From NCBI GenBank assembly GCA_013265495.1, contig MU058037.1, positions 621,498 to 685,497 on the forward strand: a DNA stretch of 64,000 nt, given 5' to 3'. The position numbers were made by a program, and so were the translations under genes. The notes under the pieces were generated by a model, which saw only the letters and a list, made by a program, of their open reading frames with translations, was not told the origin of the DNA and searched no databases. The DNA is from Vicugna vicugna (Eukaryota). This document shows, piece by piece, positions 1 to 12,311 of this stretch. Numbering within the stretch: the stretch's first letter is position 1; every line of letters begins with the position of its first letter.

Positions 1-59
1 TTAGATATACTGAAAAGACCTTATCTGAGGCAAGTAACATGAACATGATGTCTTTTTTT

Positions 60-775
60 CTCAAAAACTCCTCCTGCCATCCTCATACCTCAAGGCTGGA
101 AACAGGGTCAGGTCATAGCCCAGCCCAAGCATAGAAACACAGTCTCTGTCGTGTAAGCAAATAGTTTACACCCTGAAGCAATTGCAGGACCAGGTGATAT
201 TGGCTGGGACCAGGGACCTAATGTGAGAGTGAATAATAAGGGTATTAGACCAAGGAATCATTGACCTACAAGCACTCACCTGTGATTTGGGGTTCAAAAT
301 ATTGGCAAGGACACCTGAATTCCTGAATTTTGCTCTGATATACTCCGGATTGGCTGTCTGGAGTTTTGAAACAATAATGGCCTGCAGTAAATGAGGTAGT
401 GATGCAGGAATACCTGGGCATGATAGTGAGGAAGGAAATAGGAGACGTAGGGAGGCGGAATGTTAGAATGGATTTATTTTGTGAGATTAGTGAGCCCACC
501 ATTTGACCATATTCCCCAGAAGGGCCATAGGACAGTCCTTTCACTAAGGCAATAAGAAATGTCTTGGCAATAAGCAGTGACATCTTTGAGATGCTCAGTG
601 GTATTTTCTGAAGGCCAGGGTTGACAGATATGCTACCATGGAACTGGGCTTCCAAATACTAATGGGGAAAAGAGCAGAACCCTGGAATGCAAAGGCCAAC
701 AGCAACACTTAACCTTCAGAGGCAAGGTGGTCCTTGTCCCAGACTCTGATTTTGGGAAACCCCAGAATAAGACAA
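60..775 (+). mobile_element. Degenerate ERVL (HERV16/ERV3-16A3-like) internal gag-region relic ending in an LTR16-like terminus
   Basis: Blocks such as GGAATGTTAGAATGGATTTATT, CCTTTCACTAAGGCAATAAGAAAT and CACTTAACCTTCAGAGGCAAGGTGG resemble ERVL gag. It ends ...GGAAACCCCAGAATAAGACA. No intact frame. Confidence 0.65.
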
Positions 776-2498
776 AGATAAAGGCAAAACTCAACTCACT
801 GTAATGGAATATTAATACTTTCCTTTCTGATCAGTACAATAAAAGATTGCTTGATACTTACTTTACTAGTTTCTTTGTGCCTGCAAGTTTGAATTTACTT
901 GAGATTTTATAATCTAGAGATGCCTACGTATTTTCATTATGATTTTACAACACTTTATCATTAAGTAAGTCTTTTTTTCTGGTTTCTTCTCCCTGCTTCC
1001 TAAGTTTTAGTAATTGAACCCACTTTATTTTGATTATCCCAAGCACTTAAGTGATGTAAGTCTTCCAGCTTTTAGATAAATAATTTATTTGCAATAGTTG
1101 TAACTGAGTAGAAAATAAACAGCTCATTTGTTTCTTTCAGTGTACTCATTTTGAACTCTGTTCTTCATTTCAGATTCTTTTGCCAATTTAGAAAGTGAAA
1201 GTGTGTAGAGAGAAGTTGATTAAGTCTTAATGACTCTTACTTAATTCTTCAAACTGGGAAGTAGCTGGATAAATGATTCATGATGGAACTGTCTTTATCA
1301 TTAGAAATACTCTTCAGCTATTCTCAGTAAAGTACTTTTATGAAGCACCTAATACGTATCCAGCATAACGCTAAACAAGAAAGAGCTTTTACCCTTAAGA
1401 CTATTCATGATTGGCTATAGATTGTGCAAAGTTATCCCCCAAGATTTAAGCACTGAGATTTGATTTTTGAAAAATGTTCTTACTTCCATACGTTTGGTTC
1501 AACAAAAGTGCTTCACAGTCTTTTCCCTGGCCTTTGGTAGGTCTATAAGAAGACTTCAAAATAAACCACAGATAAGAATAAATAAGATAATGTATATTGG
1601 AAGGGTTAGCCCTGAGAAAGTAGGGGAGGGAGTGAAGTTTGTCTTTAGTTTACCTCCCTCTTCCTCTTTCTGTATCTTTCAGTATTTGAGATCCCTGCTA
1701 TCTACCAAAAGCCTATTCATTACCTCATTACAGACCAGTCACTTCTTCACTAAGACTTCACGTTATAATGAATGTGTTGGGGGCTTGGTGCCAGGGCATC
1801 TTGAAAACAAAGAGGCCTTTAAACCTCAAAGCCTTCCTTCTCTAATGCAGGATGGGAAGGGAGGGATTTCAGGCATTGCAGCAAGTCAGATTTTTAAGGT
1901 AGGAAGACATTTTATTCTCCAAGATTTGCCAAATGTATTTTATAGCTAGAGTCAAAAGATTCCTAAAATCACTTCTTTATGAAACATTCCTTGACATAGG
2001 GAGCTTACAATTAGCCTGTTAACTCTTAGCAACTGATAGTGGTTCTCTGGTGATTATCTTCGTTTCCTATACAATACAGCATTTTGAGGATTGTGTCAGT
2101 TTTCCAGTGTGTCTTTCTTAAACAGTATCCTCTTGTTTAGAGTATTATCTTTGCAAGAAGCTCTGTGCCTATTTGACTTCACTTGCTTGAATGAAAAACA
2201 AGTGGTCGAAATAAATTTAAAAGATGAAAGTGATGCTTCATTTGAGGTATTATTTTCGATCTTTGCATGTGTCCTTGAAACTAAGTCTTTGCTATTATTT
2301 AATTATTTCATTTTGTGGGTCAAAGAAGAGGAAAGCTCTGAGTCCTCCAGGATTTCTGTCAAATTTATTTTTAAAAGGAATACATGTAAGAAAGCCAGGG
2401 AAGAATTTTCCCTTATTTTTCCCAGTTACATATTCCATACTAAGTTTAAAATAAGGAGTAATAAGCATATTTGGAGTAATAGTTTATATGCAGATGTG

Positions 2499-2650
2499 CA
2501 GCTGGCCCTTCATATCAGTGGATGTAAACCTGTGGATATGAGGGGTTGACTGTACTACGCCATTTTATATAAGGGACTTGAGCACCTGCGGATTTTGGTA
2601 TCCATGAGGGTCCAGGAACCAGTCCCCTGTGGAGACCAAGGGATGCTTAT
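2499..2650. mobile_element. MER2-like TcMar-Tigger MITE
   Basis: Contains GCCATTTTATATAAGGGACTTGAGCA..CGGATTTTGGTATCC, with decayed TIRs CAGCTGGCCCTTCATATC / GAGACCAAGGGATGCTTA. Confidence 0.75.
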
Positions 2651-4359
2651 ATAAGGAAATTAGTATTTCTACTTCAAATTGGTTGCTTGAAAAAAAAATC
2701 TCCTTTCTTGGAGCAGTTCAAGGATGACAGATACAAATAGATGGAGATGTTTTAGAAGGGATGTAAACACTGGGTGATTGCTTGAACTAGCTGATCTTTA
2801 AGACCATTTCCAAACCAAATATTCTATGAAGTTATGAAACCATATATTCGGCCTCGCATAAAATGCTTCTTGATTCCCTATTCAAAATTAATTACATTAA
2901 GTCTACAAATAATTATCCTAGCATGCTTCACATTGTCTAATGCCATGATATTTAGGGGAAATGTTTAATTTAGTTTAATTAAGGAACTAGATTTTCACAA
3001 ATATATTGTACCTAAAACTATCAGAGAAACACTAATGACTAGAATTTTTACTTATTAATATCTTTAGTACAAACAATAAGTGGTGTAAAGAGTTAAAGAT
3101 CAGACGTGTGTGTGCTAAGGGAGGAAAGGAGTCAAGCTAACCAAGGATCTCTACCTAGTCTATTGTTTGAAAGTCAATAGGGAAGGGTTATGATAGGGAA
3201 ACCATAGGTTAGAAAATCATGCTACCTGACACAAATCTAAGTATCAACATTGGATACTGTGTTATAATGAATAATGTTGGCAAGAACTTATTTAATCAAT
3301 GTGATGTTATCAAACACCATTTTCAGTATATCTTTACTTCACTTACACAGTTAATAAAAATCCAATAATTGGCATGTTTGTTACTAACTATCCTAATACA
3401 GGTTGTGTTGCTGGGCTGCAGCACAGCCAAGCGAATTGTCCTCCTTGACATTGAGCATCAGAAGTTTTTGTACTTGCCACTCATTTTGCAAGGTCTCAGG
3501 GGACAGACGTTTTGCAAACCCCATGAAATCTTAATAACAGCCTAAAGGAGAGACTGCAGATGAGAATGAACGGCCACTATCCCTTTAAACATGACTATAT
3601 CACACAGCTACTATTCATAGCAACTGAAAGCCGGTAATGGTTCTGAACAGAACATGACTGGACGATTAAGGTCACCTCTGGCAGCTTTATAAGCAAGTTC
3701 ATATCCTAATGGCCTCCTGAAATCCTTCTCCTATGACATAATTGTTGCAAGAGGTGAGACTCTCTTTGGCTTATGGAGCATTTTCTTCTTTTTGCCTTTT
3801 AGTCACATATCTGAACTTCTATTCACGGTTTCCTCTTTTGAGTGGATCCAGCCATCAGGGAAATGATTCAGTAGAGTAACTGCTCTAGAACTTGTTTGAA
3901 ACCATTACCATTTTTCCATTACTGCCTATTATTGTCTATATATTTTGATTTCATATAGAAAATTTGAAAAATATAAGAAACTAATCACCCATCATCTCAT
4001 GATCTAATGAAACTAATATTATTTTCTTCTAATCCCTTTCAGAACCTTCCCTGTGCATATACAGTACAAAAATAGAGCTTTACTTACTGCAAATAATTTT
4101 ATGTCTTGCTTTTTCATTTTTATGATGAATTATTTCATATACAAAAATACATATAAGATATCAAAAAATGGCAATATAAATATGCTTGTGAAATGCAACA
4201 TTTGAAGTTCTCTATGGGCCTCCTGTATGACCCTTTTCACTCCCTAGTACTTGCTGCAACAGGTATACAATAAAGAATATCAATATACAATGTTGGTTAC
4301 AAAACAATGTATATGTCTTTCTTTGTTCAGTCTTACGAATGAAAAAAAATTAGGGGCAT

Positions 4360-4793
4360 TATGATTCAGGGTCAGCATAGGGAATAGATGGTGGCTCTAA
4401 GGGAGACTGGAGGAGAGCTTAATTGAATGTGCTACCTGCAGATGTGTAAGCAGGGTTAAGGGAAACTAACAAGGCACAATAAAGTACCCCAAGACTAGCA
4501 ACAGTAGGGAGCCATTGCCACTAGTTGGCTTGAAGATATGAGGACACCAAATGGTTCCTAGCACATAAGCCTGTTAGCATTCAGGAGAGAAATGGAGCCC
4601 CTGTTAATTGTATCAAACAAGGAAAGACCATCACCTCAGTCCTTGCTGATCTCCAGGAGGACTTTCCATTGTCTGCACCCAGCTGAAAGTAGAGGACCAG
4701 GAAACTCATTTGATGCAGTATGTAAAAGTCTTTCCCCAGGTCAGTGTGGGGAAAGTTGGAGAGTAGATCTAGAAGTCCTAGAAGAGTAAACAC
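4360..4793 (-). mobile_element. LTR33-like ERVL solo LTR
   Basis: GCAGGGTTAAGGGAAACTAACAAGG...GTACCCCAAGACTAGCAACAG...GGAGAGTAGATCTAGAAG follows the LTR33 layout. Confidence 0.65.
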
Positions 4794-6385
4794 ATGGTGG
4801 TTAGTTAATAAATGCAGGTTATTTGATTTGTCTCAAGTCTCAATTTGGATTTTTTTTTTCTAGTACAGACAGGAAGATGGCAATGGCAGATATTAGAAGC
4901 AATGATTTTCAAATATTACCTTGAAAAGGATTTATTTGAATTTGTACAGGAGCTAAAACCAGCTCTTAATGTAAATGTTCAGTCATTTTGTTTCACTTGA
5001 CATGTATTATCTGAGATTGTGTATATATTAAAACATGACTGCTCTGGAATTAAAACTCAAGCCAAAGATTTTATCCATTTTTGTTTATGTTTTTGTTTTG
5101 TTGGTTTATTTTCAGACCAAAAGAAAGCATCTTGAATTGCCCCATTTTAACAGGTCCCAACCAAGCAGTTGGATTATGTGTATAGGAAAACCTGTTCATC
5201 TATCATCTAGCATTAGTGATAGAGGATGAGCTTTTTAACATATATGTGTTTTTCTTTTCAATGTCTATATCTGTGTTTATATCAAAAGTAGATTGGTTTT
5301 TCCCAGATGCCAATGTAAGCCTTTAATGGACTTTCAAAATATTTTTCCTTGATCTGTTTTTTTCTCCAGGTAGCGCTTCTTGCTAGAAAATGTATCTATA
5401 GAGACCCACGAAGGAAGGAACTTTTACTTCACCTGAAAGAGAAGGACTTAGAAAAACCACTCCTTTTAACCTTCTTTCCTAAGATTAGATAGCACTTTAC
5501 ACTATTCATAAAAATGCTTGTCAAATTTTTCTTAATTCTAGAATGAATGATTAGCACAGCCCTTGGCACAGAGCAGACTAACTAAACATTTGTTTCTTTC
5601 TTTATATCCTTTAGTAATGTAATCTGACATTTGACAGCTCTCTATGGATGTCTATACAGAGATTTTGCTGTGATGGATTTCCTTCCTACCAAATTGATGA
5701 AAGGGTATTTTTCATAACCAAGATCTGGCTGTTGTGGTCAGGGATCTGGAATAGCAGAGTGACTGAGAACTGCATATGCCGTGTACCCGGGGCCAAAGCA
5801 GAGGCCAATAACACAGACCAAATAACACAAATAATCCCAATAACACAGACCAGTACAACCAAGAAAACAGAGAGGATCAAACCATCATGCAGATAAGGGA
5901 GAGAAACTACAGTGTTCAATTTATGGAAATTCTTAGCAGATAAGAGAAAAATTCAGTTGAGAAATAAGTATCTGAAAGCATAAATGAGAAGTCTGATGTA
6001 GAAAAAAATCTTTGAGGATGTTTAGCCTTTGGAGGGCTCTTTTAATTACTACTCCCTGCCTTTTTCGTGTTTGGATCCTGTTTGCCTTAAAAGGAGGCAA
6101 ATAGTACAAAATTGTCAGTATTTATTTTTGATATTTTATTGTAAGGCTTCCAAAGAAGTGTCCCGTAGAATTCTTTCAGGAGATTGTGTGTGTGGGTATG
6201 TGTGTGTTGGTGGAAGGGTAGGTTCTTGAGGGAGTGGGAGGGATGCTAGGTTCCCATCCTCACAGGAACTCCAGTAATAAGTCATTGTCAAGCAAGGTTT
6301 TCTTGAACAAAGGATTCCAAGTTTTAAAAATATGTTTCAAAACTATTGGACTATCTTAATTGATTCCTGAAGTATCAGATAAGAA

Positions 6386-6710
6386 TGGGTGTTAGCAAAC
6401 TACAGCCTATAGTCAAAATCCAGCCTTCCACATTTTTGTATTATCTGTGAGTTAAGAATGATTATTACATCTTAACTGTCAAAAAAAATCAAGATATTCA
6501 TAACATGTAAAAATTATTTGAAATATGAACTTCAGTGTTCATAAATAAAGTTTTATTACAAAACAGCCACACGCATATTTGTTTATGTATTTTCTGTGGC
6601 TGCTTTTGCACTACAACAGCAGAGTTGAGTAGTTGGGACACAGATTCTATGGAATGCAAAGCCTGAAATATTTACTCTCTGGACCTTTACAGGAAGTTTT
6701 TCCATCTCTG
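6386..6710 (+). mobile_element. MER58B (hAT-Charlie MITE)
   Basis: GCAAACTACAGCC...ATAAAGTTTTATT...GCAGAGTTGAGTAGTTG...AAAGCCTGAAATATTTACTCTCTGG. Confidence 0.85.
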
Positions 6711-6861
6711 GATTACAGCTTTCCAACAATGTGGAAAAAAGAGAACTACTGAAAAACTCCCTCATGCAGTTAGGTCTTCTGACTTCCTATTTTCATTTTC
6801 TAAAGAATATGTATTTAGCCTTGCCTCATGGAGAAGAAAGGTTTAGGGATGAGATGGGAAC

Positions 6862-7060
6862 TAAACGTTTTAGTATCTGCTGTGACCAAGGCACTAGACT
6901 GAACACTTGAAACTGCATTAACTTGAGTAATTTTCACAGCTACACCAAGAGATAGATATCTCCGTTGTCATATCATAGCTTAGGAAATGAGTTCAGAGAG
7001 GTTATATGACTTGCATGATATCATTCAGTAGATAAAAGAAGACAGAATATTAACTCTACC
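6862..7060 (-). mobile_element. MIR SINE, degenerate
   Basis: GGAAATGAGTTCAGAGAGGTTATATGACTTGC core-like segment. Confidence 0.55.
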
Positions 7061-7563
7061 CTTTTTATTTTCACTGCATAGATGCTTCTAAGAGCCATGT
7101 GTTCTCCATCTTCTCATTATTCCTGTCAATTTCTAGGTTCTTGACCCATCTAAGTTTTTGAAAACTGAAGCTGTACCCAGTGGCCTCATTAAGCACTGAA
7201 TAAACAAATACTGTGTACTGAGTTCAACATAAGACTATCCAGTGATACAGGAGAACCTACCAATATCATCTCTATTCATTTCCCTACAGTTGTGATTCAA
7301 CCCCATTAGTAAAGATGAAACTTAATTTGTTAAGCTAAAAGAAGGATATGTTCCCATTATTTTTCTTTGGAAACTGTCTTTGATCTTTCCACCACTCTTG
7401 GCTCTACCATTTAAATCTTCCTTACTTCTTGGTGTTTTATTTCCTTATTTCTAGGTGATATTATTCCCGAACATAATTTTTGAACTAAGTTAAATTTGTC
7501 TTTGACTTTTCTGGCCTTATGAATAATCACTCAGTATTTCATTTCCTCTTCCTCCCTATCACC

Positions 7564-7756
7564 CAGTGGTGTGCTGGTAAATATTTAAGTAGTGGCTCTC
7601 AGAAGTAACAAAATGTCCTAATTAGTAACATTTGTAGATTTCCGTGGTATAAATACTCCCATGATGTCCCATTTCAAGCTACCAAGCTCTTAACATTTCT
7701 GAAAACTCAACCACCAGCTCTTGTGAACTTATATCAGCCAGCTTCAGCATACCACA
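7564..7756 (-). mobile_element. MER63A-like (hAT-Blackjack MITE)
   Basis: TIR CAGTGGTGTGCTGGTAAA at the left and CAGCATACCAC at the right; internal AAATACTCCC and ATTTCAAGCTACCAA. Confidence 0.8.
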
Positions 7757-8859
7757 TACCTTATCCGTTATTGAAGGATTTTATGTGACTAACACAATCT
7801 GCCTACCCCCTCAAACCACCTCTCCTCTGTCTGGTCTAATTCTCCTCTCCAGACACTCCATGCTCTTCCTTAGCAATTTAACTGCTGTACATCCATTTTT
7901 TTTTCTTCTTGACCCTGTCAAGTGACTGACAAACCAAGCTGAGAAATTGACACAAGATGAGGTGTTAATGAATGACAGATTCAGTGGGACAGTAAATGCC
8001 TCAAAGGAACAGTTGTCAGAAACAGAAAACGAATAATGGCTTCGAGATAGCAATGGTGAATACAGATTAGGTCTAGGAGGTAGGAGGAACATCTGGTGAA
8101 GAGGTTGGGATATAAGATGATTTACCATGAAGTAGGAGTTCCCATGGGACCCAATAGGAAGGTTTAAGAGGAAGAATAATGTGGGGCATGGTCTAGATAG
8201 GCCTATATAAAGCAATATGGAAATGACAGTTTGAAAGAATGTGTATAATCCAAGGATTGGCCAACCTGGACAGTGGTCAAGAATAACAAATACGTGAACA
8301 TGGCAAGTTGAGCTGATTTCAAGGCTTCCAGGAGAATCAGGTGCAGTGTATTAGGAGTAGACTAGAAAGGGTGGGTTGTGCACTCAGAATAAACTAGTAA
8401 TGAACTGGATTAAGTTTGTTTCAGAGGGAGTCCTAACTCAGGGGAATAACTCTGACATGGGATTTTTTGGTTTCTCGGGATCTGAGTGTGAAGGAGAATC
8501 CACCTCTGTGGAAGAATTCAACTTTGGTGTGGAAAGGGTCAGTAGTCTGGATTGACTAAATGCTCTCTTGGAATAAGCTTAGTGTCCCATAATTCTCACT
8601 TAGAGCCCCTGTCTCTGTGCATGGAGGCTAAATTGCTGTCTGTTTTTGTCCTTAAATTCATTCGTCCCTTATTCTTGAGAGATTTGTTCCAGCATTTACC
8701 TGTTCCCTTACTAGCTTCTCCTTCTGATAGCTGCTTCTTTGACTTTAAGATTTTTCTTATTGGGTAAATAATCTCCATTTGATTATCTTTTTCCAGCTAG
8801 CAATAGCCTTGTGTGTTCCGTGTTCCTGCGTTTCAAACATCCAGCATTGTAAGTGAATT

Positions 8860-9280
8860 TGTAGACTGTCTTTCTCCATTTCCTTTCCAACCATTCCCTT
8901 ATTACTCTTTGAAACTCTGCTTTGCTCCTTGAACAAAACTTAGCTCTCTGAAATTTAAAAAAAAAAACTTATTATTGAGAAATCCAATAGCTTTACCTCT
9001 GTCAACTTTTACCAAGATTTTCTGCTGACTTTTGGCATTGTTGACCATTTCCTCTTCTATACTCTTTTCTCAGATTCATTTAAAAAATGCTCCATCATTA
9101 TTCTCTTTTAGCCAATCCAATGAAATATTTAAAAAATTATCCTACTTTCTCTTCTAATTTCCTAATATGTATATTTCCAACTCTTGATCCACAACTTTCA
9201 TGCAAAAAATGAACTTTAACCTCTGAGTCCAAGTTTTTTCTCCTTAATTCCCAGTTCTATCTTCTCTCTCAAATTATGTG
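8860..9280 (+). mobile_element. L2 LINE ORF2 fragment
   Basis: Pyrimidine-rich, with AAATCCAAT...TTTGGCATTGTTGACCATTTCCTCTTCT typical of L2. Confidence 0.55.
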
Positions 9281-9294
9281 TCTAAATATTTATA

Positions 9295-10940
9295 GGAGGA
9301 AAAGGAAGGAAATAGATATGGTAGAAGCTGGCTAGATTCCTTATTTTATAGATTTGAATTTAGAACCATGTAAATATTCTGCATCATTATGAAGAATTAT
9401 TTTAAAAGGCAGTTTGTAAACATCAAAACGAAATGAATGTAATGGTGCTGGTGATAATGTTTTAACTACTATTCTGAAACTGTCTTGTATGTGTTGTGCG
9501 ATAAAGCAAATTAATAGTTATATTGATGTCACTGAGAACTCAGATATCTGTCAGGCAAAAAAAGGGAAGCACATGTAAGTCTGATGAGGTTAAATAAAAA
9601 TACTTCAGTTTTAAATTTGAATTAGAATTATCATACGTGATCTTTTGTCTTAACAACAACAACAAAAAAAACCCAAAACATTTCCTAGCTCTGCAACAAG
9701 GTCTAGGAACAATGAAAAAACAATAACGAAGAGCACTTTTAAGTACCCAGATTGTGATCTCAAAATACTGCTTCCTGTTAAGGGAACCAGGGCTTCTCAC
9801 AGAAATGTCTGATCCCTGGTTTGGGACATAAAATGTAAAAGCCAAGCAAGGAACATCTTTTCAAGGCAGAAAACAAGAAAGCTATCATCACTATTAAGGT
9901 CATATCTTAAAGAGCTAACTTGAAGCATCTCCCACTGACTGTCCCAAATGGAAACGTTTACAAGGGATTTAAATACATCAAATATGTTTAATACATGAAT
10001 CCGTACTGCTAACAAGAAAAGCTTACTAGTCACCTTTGGAGAATGCTAAAAATATAACACATAGTTTTTAAAGCTATTATAAAGAAGAATAATCAAGCAT
10101 TTATTCTGCATATCCTATATGAACTGTATTTCAGGGTAATCAAATAGATAATAAAGATAAATTTCTCTTTATAGAATTCTAGCAAACAAATGAAAGAGTG
10201 GTAAAATTAGAATATCATCAATTTACAATGTTTAATGAATTATTAGATCTAAAACAGACACAATCAGATACTATGTTCTCCTGCATGGAAATTCACTGTA
10301 GCACTTAGGAAGTATTCTTGACAAGAAATAAAATAAAATCTGAGTCTGATGAAACCTCTTGTTCTAACTATTAATTTACAATAAATTCACTGAAGAGAGG
10401 AACATGTTAACACTATTGGGATGCAATTAGCAAAACTTTGAAAAACTGTACAGGACAAATGATCCAATTTCTTTAAGAAACTACAAGGGTGAAAAAGAGA
10501 TGGAGAGGTAACCTATTGATTAATAGAGACTTCCCAATCAGTTGCAATGTGTAGACTTTATTTGTATACTGATTGGCATAAACAAATTTTTAAAGAATTG
10601 ATGAGATAGTTGGAGAACTTTAATCATTGGCTGAATATTTGATAATAATGAGTTATTATAGTTTGGGTTTTTTGTGGGATAACAGTATTGAAGCTATGTT
10701 TTAAAAAGACTACTTATCTTTTGGAAGTGTATACTGAAATACATAGGTATTAAATGATATGTCTTAGATTTACTTCCATATAATAAAGGAGAGAGGAAGT
10801 AGATTGGGGTTTAGATGAAGTAAAATTACTAACAAAGTGATAATTGTTGCATCTAGTAATGGGCACATAGGGATTTATCATTTACTTCTCTCAATTTTGT
10901 ATATGTTGGAGATTTTTTTCTAGTATAAAATTTTAAAAGA
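9295..10940 (+). mobile_element. Old L1 (L1MC4-like) 3' UTR
   Basis: Long L1MC-type UTR ending TTTTGTATATGTTGGAGATTTTTTCTAGTATAAAA; similar to 12850-13890. Confidence 0.7.
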
Positions 10941-11743
10941 ACTAAAATAATTGTAAAATAAATTTAAATTATTAATTACATAATAAAGCAAGGAACCTAA
11001 ATGATAACCAGTTAGAAAATAGTGTAAGAGCAGATTCCATTTATAATAAGAGGTTAAATTATTTTTGTAAAAACCTAAGCATAAACACGACAAAAAGAGG
11101 CACAAAACCCATATAATGATAGATATAAAATATTCTTAAAAGACATAATAGATCTGAACATACATAAGGATATCCTATATTTATTAGAAGAGCACAACAT
11201 GATAAAGATACCAGCTTTTCCAAAGTTGATTTATGTCTGTTTTCCCTAGGTTGATCTACGAATCTAATGAAATCCAGGCAAGAATACAATTTTTCCTATT
11301 GTTAGACAAGTTAATTATAAAGCTTATCTAGGAAAAAATACCTGGGAAAATCCTAAAGAGCAACAGATAGTAGAAGGTAGACCAAATGAGATGTTAAAAC
11401 ACATTATAGCACCTAAATAATTAAAATAATGTGGTATTATTATCACATGAACAGATATCCTAGTAAAACAAAAAAGAAATCCAGAAATGGACCTAAACAT
11501 ATATGAAAATTTAGACTTTTAGAATAATGAAAACTTTTCAAATAAGTGGGAAAATAATTTTTAATGTTATTGGGACCACTGACAATTGTAAAAATATAAG
11601 ATTATCTCAGTTTCTCAAACCATTTCAAATGGATCATAGATTTAATGTATCAAAACTATTCAGATAGTTTAAGAAGCCATAGACGGGTACCTTATTAGCT
11701 GTTGTTTTATCCCTTTGTTTCATTTCTTAGAGTGGAGAGAATT

Positions 11744-12311
11744 TCACAGTAAATGCTTTGATGTGCCGCCCAGATCCTCTTCAGGAATGAAGAGCTTATT
11801 CTCCTAGCACTGGGAGTCCTTTGATCCATAGCTGTTAGTCCCAGGGATTCTATTACAGACTGAAATGTTTGTGTCCCTTCTGTGATTCATACGTTGAATC
11901 TTTAACCTCCAAAATTATGGTATTAGAAGGTTTAGGCTCTGGGAAATAATTAGGTTTAGATGAGGTCATGAGGGTGGAGCCCCATAATGGTATTAGTGTC
12001 ATTATAAGAAGAGGAAGATAAACTGGAGCCTTCTCTCTGCATGCATGCAAAGAGGTCACATGAGTACAGAGAGATGGCAGGCATCTGCAAGCCAGGTAGA
12101 GGGCTCTCACCAAAAACCAAATCTGCTGGCACCTTGATCTTCGATTTCCCGGCTTCCAGGACTGTGAGAAACAAGTGTTTCTTATTTAAGCTACCTGGTG
12201 TATGGTATTTTATTATAGCAACCTGAGCTGACTAAGACAGATTCCTTAATAAAGTGTAGCACTATAGTTTCCATCTGAGAGTTAGCTTCCTGGGGAACCT
12301 AACTTGTGACA
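11744..12311 (+). mobile_element. LTR16-like ERVL solo LTR, internally deleted and split by MLT1A
   Basis: 5' part GATGTGCCGCCCAGATCCTCTTCAGGAATGAAG (to 11850); 3' part TAATAAAG...GCTTCCTGGGGAACCTAACTTGTGACA (12245-12311). Confidence 0.75.
11851..12239 (+). mobile_element. MLT1A-like ERVL-MaLR solo LTR
   Basis: Full-length layout ending GCTGACTAAGACA, with a perfect 5-bp TSD GATTC at 11846-11850 and 12240-12244. Confidence 0.9.

Noticed and set aside
2091..2549. 152-aa ORF
   Set aside because: Non-ATG start, composition typical of AT-rich non-coding DNA, and it ends inside a MITE.
3382..3545. TACTAAC branch point followed by CAG at 3401
   Set aside because: No polypyrimidine tract, no convincing donor, and the frames I checked close within about 47 codons.
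5340..5492. Strong plus-strand acceptor at 5369 with a 40-codon frame
   Set aside because: No donor and no recognisable peptide; T-rich acceptor look-alikes are common here.
5686..5919. ORF with a transmembrane-like segment
   Set aside because: The hydrophobic run comes from the local 16-bp duplication read antisense; there is no ATG start or splice support.
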